Assembly (NCBI GenBank): GCA_943356485.1
Contig: CALRFD010000006.1
Span: forward strand, 7,450 to 71,449
From: Patescibacteria group bacterium
GTDB lineage: Bacteria > Patescibacteriota > Microgenomatia > Daviesbacterales > UBA10151
Length of the DNA stretch: 64,000 bases
Direction of reading: 5' to 3'
The notes below the pieces were generated by a model, which was not told where the DNA came from, ran no database searches, and was given only the letters and a program-made list of their open reading frames with translations. Within the stretch, counting starts at the first letter, position 1; each line of letters opens with the position of its first letter. Positions 53,363-60,153 of the stretch are shown here, piece after piece. Made by a program: the position numbers and the translations under genes.

Positions 53363-53750
53363 TAAGCTTTTGGTTCAATAAATTCTTTTGAACCTTTAAT
53401 TAAACCATTTATTAGTTTGTTTACTTCTATTGTTTGATTGGCAATCTCAAGGAATTTTCATTGCTAATATACCCTACGTCTCTTGAAACAAGCAGTTGGT
53501 TTTGTAGCTCAGTGGAAGAACCCAGAGACATGTAGTAGAACTGAACCTTTTCTTTAAAAGATTTACGAGAAAATCCTTCAGCAATATTACTTGTAATTGA
53601 GATTGCACATCTTCGCATTTGGTCTACTAAAGAATATATTTCTTCTTTTGGAAATGACTTAGTGACTACATAAACAGATAAAACTAACTGATGAGCTTTT
53701 TGCCACGTAATTAAATCAGTGAATGATTTAATTTTCAAAGCTTGATTCAT
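53363..53750 (-). pseudogene. four-helix-bundle (23S rRNA IVP-like) protein with 1-nt frameshift near 53456
   Basis: DLITWQKAH, FPKEEIYSL, SNIAEG; last helix FLEIANQTIEVNKLINGLIK lies in another frame. Confidence 0.8.
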
Positions 53751-55132
53751 GATTCTAAATTCTCGATTCTAGCTAAAAGATAATCGCGATTATTTTTAGC
53801 TGAATTCTCTTGTACTTCCTCAAAAAGTTTTTGTAGCATTTCTCCCACTTTTCGTCCGGGTTTTATGTTTAAAGTTTCCATCACGTCTTTTCCGTTTACT
53901 TTTAGATCAGAGATAGAAAAAGGCTTTTTTAAAACCTCCTGTATTCTTTCTTTAAATTTTTCCATTCTCCAAGAGACTGCATTTTGTGTTCCTCCGCCCA
54001 GTCTATCTGCAACTCTGACTGCCATCATATCATCTATATTCTCTGTCCCTACATTTTTGATAAATCTGCGGATGGCTGAATCTGTTTGTTTCTCATCTAG
54101 GGTAAACATATGCCACCTTACTAACTTGTATAACTTATCAGTTTCTTTTTTAGACAGGTTGAATCGTCTGGCGATATTTAAAACAATTTTCCCGCCTACA
54201 AAATCATGGTTATAGAAAGTTACATTTTCATCTGCTTGAGTTTGAACGGTGTCCGGTTTACCTATATCATGAAGTAATGCAGCGAGCCGTACTAAAGGAT
54301 CAGAAGAAGGGCAGGTTTTTAAAGAAAGAAACGAATGCTCGCCAATATCATATATTCTATCGTGTTTTGGTCCTTCCTGTTGCAGTCCAAAACATCTTTC
54401 AAGTTCCGGTAATATAATCTGCAGAATCCCTGTTTCTCTAAGTTTAAGGATACCTTCATAATGATTTTCAGAGGCAAGGATTTTAAAAAGTTCATCCCTG
54501 ACTCTTTCGCTGGCAATATCTTTAATTAAGGTAACATTTTTTGCGATCGCATTTTTTGTTGCCATTTCAATTTCAAAGTTTAATTTTGCAGCAATCCTGA
54601 TAGCTCTGATAAGACGAAGAGCATCTTCCTGAAAGCGGGTATCAGGATTTCCTACGCATCGAATAATTTTATTTTTAATATCATTTTGACCCTTAAAGGG
54701 ATCAACTATTTTTTCATCAGAAGACAGAGCGATCGCATTTACTGTAAAGTCGCGCCTGGCTAAATCTTCCTCAATTTTATCTGTCCAGGAAACTTCCACT
54801 GGATGACGATGATCTTTATATATGCCTTCTTTCCGCATGGTTGTTATCTCATACACCTCGGAGGAGGGTTTACTCGAGAGTTCAACGGACTCACTCCCCT
54901 CCGAGGTGGTTTTTACTGGTATTCCAACTGTGCCAAATTTATTATCATTAAAGGCATCCGGGTATAGTTTTAAAATTTCCTCAGGTTTGGCATCAGTGGA
55001 AAAATCCCAATCAGAAACGGGTTTACCCATTAAAAGATCACGAACAGCTCCTCCAACAATATAAATTTGGAATTTTTCTTTTTCAAATTTTTCTAAAATA
55101 TTTCTTACTGCTTCAGGTAGTGTATAATTCAT
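53747..55132 (-). CDS. cca: CCA-adding enzyme / poly(A) polymerase family with HD domain
   Basis: VGGAVRD, DLARRDFTVNA, EDALR, LLHDIGK. Confidence 0.92.
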   Translation of the reverse strand: MNYTLPEAVRNILEKFEKEKFQIYIVGGAVRDLLMGKPVSDWDFSTDAKPEEILKLYPDAFNDNKFGTVGIPVKTTSEGSESVELSSKPSSEVYEITTMRKEGIYKDHRHPVEVSWTDKIEEDLARRDFTVNAIALSSDEKIVDPFKGQNDIKNKIIRCVGNPDTRFQEDALRLIRAIRIAAKLNFEIEMATKNAIAKNVTLIKDIASERVRDELFKILASENHYEGILKLRETGILQIILPELERCFGLQQEGPKHDRIYDIGEHSFLSLKTCPSSDPLVRLAALLHDIGKPDTVQTQADENVTFYNHDFVGGKIVLNIARRFNLSKKETDKLYKLVRWHMFTLDEKQTDSAIRRFIKNVGTENIDDMMAVRVADRLGGGTQNAVSWRMEKFKERIQEVLKKPFSISDLKVNGKDVMETLNIKPGRKVGEMLQKLFEEVQENSAKNNRDYLLARIENLES

Positions 55133-55155
55133 AGCGTAATTGTAACTAATGTACT

Positions 55156-56805
55156 ATGAAATGGAAAGTGGCTCCGAAATCTTCTGATGATATTGTAGAA
55201 CAAATATTAATAAATCGTGGAATAAAAACTTTGGAGGAACGTGAAGACTTTTTTAATCCTAAAATATCCGATTATGAAAAAGATATGCAGATACCAGGAA
55301 TTGAAAAAGCATTAGAAAGAATTAAAAAGGCGATAGAAGAAAAAGAGTTAATAATTGTTTTTGGAGATTATGATGTTGATGGGATCTCTGCCTGTGCAAT
55401 TTTATATAAAAGTTTAACTTCAATTGGAGCAAAGGTGCTACCCTATATTCCACACCGGGAAAAAGAAGGTTATGGTTTATCCAGACAAGGATTGGAATTT
55501 GCCAAAAGTTCCGGGGCACAAGTAGTAATCACTGTAGATAATGGAATTGTAGCAATAGAACAAGCAAAATTTGCAAAAACATTAGGGCTGGATTTAATAA
55601 TAACTGATCATCATCTGCCTTTGGATAAACTACCTGAGGCTTATGCCATAGTTCATTCTACCAAAATGTGTGGGGCAGCGGTGGCCTGGTGCTTGATAAA
55701 AGACTCAATAAGTAAAGACCTAGCAAAAGAGCTTCTGCAGTTTGTGGCCATTGCCACAGTTTGTGATTTAATCCCGCTAATTGGTTTAGGAAGAGCGTTT
55801 GTTTTTGAAGGGTTGAAGCTATTAAATAAAACTAAAAATTTAGGGCTAATTGAATTAATAAATGAATCAGGAATAAAAGGAGAGATCGGCTCCTTTGAGA
55901 TAGGGTATATATTAGGACCAAGATTAAATGCGATTGGCAGACTAGAGCATGCCATTGATGCTTTAAGACTGCTTTGTACAAAAGATTTAACCAAAGCCCG
56001 CAAATTAGCAAAAGTTTTATGTGAGGTCAATATCCAGCGGCAAACTCTAACTAAAACTGCCATAGAGGAAGCGAAATTATTAATTTCCAAAGATAAAAAG
56101 ATACATGTTTTATTCAGTAAGGATTGGGCATCAGGGATAATTGGACTAATTGCCGGCAAAATTGCTGAAGAATATTCTAGGCCGACAATTGCCATATCTG
56201 TTGGAGAAACCTTCTCTAAAGGTTCAGCCAGGTCAGTGGCTGGAGTTAATATTGTGGAGCTGATCAGGGAATTTTCTGATATCTTAGTTGACGTAGGTGG
56301 ACATCCGGGTGCAGCGGGATTTTCTATAGAAACAAAACATCTAGCAGTTTTTAAATCCAGAATAGAAAAAAGCGTTTTATCCCTACCGGATGGGGCAGAA
56401 CAGATTTTGGAAGTAGACGCACTAGTTGACACTAATCAATTAAACAAGAGTCTGGTGGAAAGTTTACAAAAATTTCAACCCTTTGGTTTTAAAAATCCCA
56501 GACCAATACTAATAACATATGGGGTAAGAATTTCAGATATAAAAACAGTGGGTCAAGCCCGCCTGCCAAAGACTGGCACTGTCGGGCAGGGCAAGCATTT
56601 AAAATTTAAAGTTTCCCCTCCTGTCATCCTGAGTGGAGCACAGCGAAGCGAAGGATCTATAGATTGTATTGCTTTTAATATGGGTCAACTGCAGGGTAGT
56701 CTGCAAAAAGCTCATGAGATTGATCTGGCATATACTCCAGAAATTGATAGCTATAATGGTTTTGAAAAACTGCAGTTAAAAATTAAAGATATAAAAATTA
56801 AATAA
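55156..56805 (+). CDS. recJ: ssDNA exonuclease RecJ
   Basis: GDYDVDG, TDHH, GPRLNAIGR, GGHPGAAG. Confidence 0.97.
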   Translation: MKWKVAPKSSDDIVEQILINRGIKTLEEREDFFNPKISDYEKDMQIPGIEKALERIKKAIEEKELIIVFGDYDVDGISACAILYKSLTSIGAKVLPYIPHREKEGYGLSRQGLEFAKSSGAQVVITVDNGIVAIEQAKFAKTLGLDLIITDHHLPLDKLPEAYAIVHSTKMCGAAVAWCLIKDSISKDLAKELLQFVAIATVCDLIPLIGLGRAFVFEGLKLLNKTKNLGLIELINESGIKGEIGSFEIGYILGPRLNAIGRLEHAIDALRLLCTKDLTKARKLAKVLCEVNIQRQTLTKTAIEEAKLLISKDKKIHVLFSKDWASGIIGLIAGKIAEEYSRPTIAISVGETFSKGSARSVAGVNIVELIREFSDILVDVGGHPGAAGFSIETKHLAVFKSRIEKSVLSLPDGAEQILEVDALVDTNQLNKSLVESLQKFQPFGFKNPRPILITYGVRISDIKTVGQARLPKTGTVGQGKHLKFKVSPPVILSGAQRSEGSIDCIAFNMGQLQGSLQKAHEIDLAYTPEIDSYNGFEKLQLKIKDIKIK

Positions 56806-56816
56806 TTTGAAATACC

Positions 56817-57179
56817 TCAATATTTTCTACCATTTCTTTGTTTTATTAATTCACGTCTTTTCCTGCTAATTATTGCTTCTACTTCCACCATTAAATCTAC
56901 AACCTCTTCAATTCTTTTCTGTGTTTGGTTTAATGTGTTGGCTAAAGTATTCAAATTAAGGTCTTCTCTAAATATTTCAGGCTGTCCTTCCGGTAGAACA
57001 AAAGACATTATAGTTCCCATTTCCCTTGCTAAATTTAATCTACCTTCCGTATCATCAGGTGCTAACCCTCTTAATATTCCAGTCTCAATCCATTGTTGAG
57101 TATAACTAAAAGGATTCGTTGCTGCTTGTTCAAATCTTTCAACCCAGACTTGCTGATGTGTTTTTACTTCTACTGCCAT
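56817..57179 (-). CDS. hypothetical protein under Ile-rich attenuator
   Basis: 120-aa ORF directly downstream of attenuator. Confidence 0.75.
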   Translation of the reverse strand: MAVEVKTHQQVWVERFEQAATNPFSYTQQWIETGILRGLAPDDTEGRLNLAREMGTIMSFVLPEGQPEIFREDLNLNTLANTLNQTQKRIEEVVDLMVEVEAIISRKRRELIKQRNGRKY

Positions 57180-57205
57180 ATTTATCCGCCCTCTTTCTTA
57201 ATCAT

Positions 57206-57230
57206 AAAAAAACCTCCCTTTAGGGAGGCT
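57206..57230 (-). terminator. attenuator terminator
   Basis: AGCCTCCC-taaa-GGGAGG-T7 on minus strand. Confidence 0.85.
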
Positions 57231-57255
57231 TGTCGCTTGGGTAATTTATTTAAAA

Positions 57256-57324
57256 CTACCTGAACAAACCTCCCCTTCGTGAGGTAATAATAATTCCAAT
57301 AATTTGTATTGTCTTTGTTAGCAT
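57256..57324 (-). CDS. Ile-rich leader peptide MLTKTIQIIGIIITSRRGGLFR
   Basis: TAGACT-17-TATTAT, ATG 6 nt later; 6 Ile codons; 3' end can pair with terminator 5' arm. Confidence 0.8.
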   Translation of the reverse strand: MLTKTIQIIGIIITSRRGGLFR

Positions 57325-57356
57325 TTTTCTATAATACTACAAAGATTGTACAAAGT

Positions 57357-57734
57357 CTAGTTTTTTTCTTTCTTGCCTGTTAGTTCTTCTAGTCTTGATT
57401 GCATATGCTGAGATAGACTAGTTGCAATAACCAATGCTTTTTGTTGTAGCGAATTGTTACTGTGATTAACCATCGCTGTTAGATGGTCTGTTAAAAATCT
57501 TGCTTGTTCCGTTGCATAAGATTCTCTAGTTTCAGCATCTGGATCATATACAGATTGATCTGAGATAGTCCTCTCTCCCCCAGCTCTTCTTGCCATAATA
57601 GCAGAGTAAGCACTTTGTCTGGAAAGCCTGGTAACAGTGCGAGCCCCATACGGTTCTATTTGAGCAAGATCTGTCATTAGCCCATGTAAGGCGTCTACTA
57701 TTTGCATAGGTGCAATTTTTGTTTCTGTTGTCAT
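57357..57734 (-). CDS. hypothetical protein under Leu-rich attenuator
   Basis: ATG 57734 preceded by AAGGAGGTGA. Confidence 0.75.
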   Translation of the reverse strand: MTTETKIAPMQIVDALHGLMTDLAQIEPYGARTVTRLSRQSAYSAIMARRAGGERTISDQSVYDPDAETRESYATEQARFLTDHLTAMVNHSNNSLQQKALVIATSLSQHMQSRLEELTGKKEKN

Positions 57735-57748
57735 TTTATTCACCTCCT

Positions 57749-57838
57749 TTCATATTTTTTCCATAAAAAAACCTCCCATTTCGGGAGGTCTATTCCTTTC
57801 TCTTTTAGATTTTAATTAATCTAAAAAGACCTCCCTAA
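57749..57838. repeat. 90-bp direct repeat, copy 1 (antiterminator-terminator module)
   Basis: identical by eye to 58503-58592. Confidence 0.95.
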
Positions 57839-57914
57839 CGTTATCCCCCAAAAGGAGACTTTGTGTAAGAAGGCTAAGTAATAAGTTAAAATTTAGTTTT
57901 AAAGTTTTAATCAT
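57816..57914 (-). CDS. Leu-rich leader peptide MIKTLKLNFNLLLSLLTQSLLLGDNVREVFLD
   Basis: TTGACA-17-TATATT, ATG 7 nt later; 11 Leu codons. Confidence 0.8.
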   Translation of the reverse strand: MIKTLKLNFNLLLSLLTQSLLLGDNVREVFLD

Positions 57915-57952
57915 AAGATTGAATATATATTTAAATCATTTAATTGTCAAGT

Positions 57953-58507
57953 TTAAAAACAAGCAAATTGTCTTTCTAAATCTTTAATACTATTTATTCC
58001 AGGGACAACCCTGGGTTGTTTTCCTGTAGCAATTTGTTTAAAAGAAGATAGTGTTTCAGCTGAAGCTCTAATTAAATCTTGAACTAAAGCATCTGTAGAA
58101 AGTGGGTTACTATCACCATTTTCTCTTAATGCATCAATTACTTGTTCCGGTGTTGCTATTAGGCATGGCAGGTTACTAATACGAAATTTTCCAGAGTATC
58201 TTGCTCTATGATGACCATCAATAATAAATAATTGTATATTTTTGTTAGGAATAGCACAGACTAGAATAGGATTTTCATTCAAGTAGTTTATGCCTTGTTG
58301 AGCTAACCTTCGTTCTACCGAGGATCTTTTGCAACCGTCGTATTCCTCTCTAGTTTGAATTCCAAAAAGATGTATTCTTGGAATTAACAATCTAGGTGTC
58401 TTTGATTCTAAACTTTCTTTTAATTTATTCCCCTCTACGAATTGAAAGCTAGAGCAAGATAGCTGTCGTCTATCAATAATAGGTTTTTCCATTTCTAAAT
58501 AATTCAT
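57953..58507 (-). CDS. ParB/Sulfiredoxin N-terminal-like domain protein
   Basis: PILV...FIIDGHHRA motif. Confidence 0.75.
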   Translation of the reverse strand: MNYLEMEKPIIDRRQLSCSSFQFVEGNKLKESLESKTPRLLIPRIHLFGIQTREEYDGCKRSSVERRLAQQGINYLNENPILVCAIPNKNIQLFIIDGHHRARYSGKFRISNLPCLIATPEQVIDALRENGDSNPLSTDALVQDLIRASAETLSSFKQIATGKQPRVVPGINSIKDLERQFACF

Positions 58508-58592
58508 ATTTTTTCCATAAAAAAACCTCCCATTTCGGGAGGTCTATTCCTTTCTCTTTTAGATTTTAATTAATCTAAAAAGACCTCCCTAA
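58503..58592. repeat. 90-bp direct repeat, copy 2
   Basis: identical by eye to 57749-57838. Confidence 0.95.
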
Positions 58593-58667
58593 ATAACCAC
58601 CTGAAATGGTGGCCATAATAAGATGGAGGACGTATTTAATATTATTGATTTGATTTACTTTTAACAT
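58575..58667 (-). CDS. putative leader peptide MLKVNQINNIKYVLHLIMATISGGYLGRSF
   Basis: ORF ends within the antiterminator arm of the repeated module; no dominant codon. Confidence 0.55.
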   Translation of the reverse strand: MLKVNQINNIKYVLHLIMATISGGYLGRSF

Positions 58668-58752
58668 ATATTTAAAAAAACTACAGACCTAAAGTCTATA
58701 GAATATATGAATTGTAATCCTAAATATTATAAAAGTCAAATTTGAAAAATAT

Positions 58753-59922
58753 TTATAGTAAAACTAATCTGCTGCTATGGCTTTTCAATTCATCAATTGC
58801 CTCGCCCTGTTTTAAGTGATTGTTTGTGGCAAAAGATAAATAAAAAGCATATTCGCCTAACATTCCGGTAGCCAAAGAATCTATTGCTATTAAATCTATA
58901 CCTCTTGTATGGAAAGGTTTTATCGCATTTTTTAAACTCCCGACAGTATCTCTTAGTGTAAAAACTACAGTTGTTTTATCCTGGTATTTTGTCCCATTAA
59001 TTACTCCACCTCTAAGCTTTTCTACGATTTCTTCCATGTTTAATTCCCAAGGTATACTTGGTGGTAAATACTGTGCAATTGGATATGAACCAGCAGATCT
59101 AATTCCTACACCCTGTTTATATAATCCGCTTAGAGCTTTTATTAATGGCCGATCCTCCTGATGTCCTAATAAATCCATCCAGATGGTTTCAAAACCTCCA
59201 ACTTCGCCCAGAGACTTTATTCTTGAGAGGTTTATTCCCTCGTCTGTTAAAACTTCAAGAGCTGAAAATAAGCCGCCAGGTCTGTTTGGTATTTGAGCGA
59301 TTAAGGTTGATTTACTTTCTCCTTCATGTGGGTTTGTTTCTCCATTTTGAATACCAACAACTGCAAAGCGGGTAGTATTTAAGGCGTTGTCTTGTTGGTT
59401 ATTTAATTGTTGTAAAATATCGGTCAATTGATTTATAGCTCCTGCCATGCTTGGGCCAACCCCAGCAAGTTTTGGATTTCCTGCTGCTTCCAGGATTGCA
59501 GCTACTGTACTATCTCTATCTTCAAACTTAGCATTAGGAAAGTTTTTATTGGCGTTTTTTCTAACCTGTCCTAGTGCTGTATCTTTGGATGCAACAATTT
59601 CGATTTCTTCCCTAGGGACGCCTTTTTGCCAATAAATACTTTGACTAATTGGATGGTTTATCTCGCGGATGATTCTAAAAGGAATATTTTTAAAAGCAAT
59701 TAAAGCATCATTAACTGCTCCTTCAGTAGAATTTTCTATTGGTACTATTCCCTGTTGAGCTTTTCTCTCGAATACCGCCTGACAAACTAAAGCGATATTG
59801 GAGCATGGAATTAGAGTTGTATTCTTGTATTCAGAGCCGGAGAGCCTTACTCCGGTAGCTACCTCATAGGAGAAGGATCCTTCTGGACTTAAGTATGCTA
59901 ATGTTTCTATTTGTTTATTCAT
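58753..59922 (-). CDS. pheA: prephenate dehydratase with two ACT domains
   Basis: YLSPEGSFS, IVPIENSTEG, NTTRF, PNRPGGL; second ACT-like domain at C-terminus. Confidence 0.88.
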   Translation of the reverse strand: MNKQIETLAYLSPEGSFSYEVATGVRLSGSEYKNTTLIPCSNIALVCQAVFERKAQQGIVPIENSTEGAVNDALIAFKNIPFRIIREINHPISQSIYWQKGVPREEIEIVASKDTALGQVRKNANKNFPNAKFEDRDSTVAAILEAAGNPKLAGVGPSMAGAINQLTDILQQLNNQQDNALNTTRFAVVGIQNGETNPHEGESKSTLIAQIPNRPGGLFSALEVLTDEGINLSRIKSLGEVGGFETIWMDLLGHQEDRPLIKALSGLYKQGVGIRSAGSYPIAQYLPPSIPWELNMEEIVEKLRGGVINGTKYQDKTTVVFTLRDTVGSLKNAIKPFHTRGIDLIAIDSLATGMLGEYAFYLSFATNNHLKQGEAIDELKSHSSRLVLL

Positions 59923-59981
59923 ATATTTTTCTCCCTGTCCGCAACGACTTCGTAAACTCGTCTTGCGTGTCGGGCGGGCAT

Positions 59982-60009
59982 AAAAAAACCTCCGGTATAA
60001 AACGGAGGT
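59982..60009 (-). terminator. phe attenuator terminator
   Basis: ACCTCCG-ttttatac-CGGAGG-T7 on minus strand. Confidence 0.88.
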
Positions 60010-60039
60010 AAGTTGATTTTCACAAAAACCAACCTCCGT

Positions 60040-60087
60040 TTAAACGAAGGTAAAAAAGAAATTAAAGTTTTCTCTTTGGTTTTGCAT
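60040..60087 (-). CDS. Phe-rich leader peptide MQNQRENFNFFFTFV (pheL-like)
   Basis: TTGACA-17-TAAATT, ATG 7 nt later; 5 Phe codons; 1:2, 2:3 and 3:4 pairings present; upstream of pheA. Confidence 0.9.
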   Translation of the reverse strand: MQNQRENFNFFFTFV

Positions 60088-60153
60088 GTAGGTTAATTTA
60101 TCAAAGATTCTTCATCTTGTCAACTATTATCTTTAGCTGTTATTATGCAATGG

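Noticed and set aside
53363-53750. Diversity-generating retroelement suggested by the Avd-like gene
   Set aside because: No reverse transcriptase and no TR/VR pair seen; the 90-bp repeats are identical, without adenine-specific mismatches
55653-56432. 259-aa antisense ORF in recJ and other short shadow ORFs in the track
   Set aside because: Overlap well-supported genes and show no protein motifs
57749-58592. CRISPR array or integron attC reading of the repeats
   Set aside because: Only two exact copies, about 750 bp apart; no cas or integrase gene in the window; attenuation explains the structure
58570-58635. Alternative aromatic/His-rich leader frame IRPPSYYGHHFRWLFREVFLD
   Set aside because: In-frame stop just upstream and no ATG/GTG/TTG start; would need an indel, so worth a read check only
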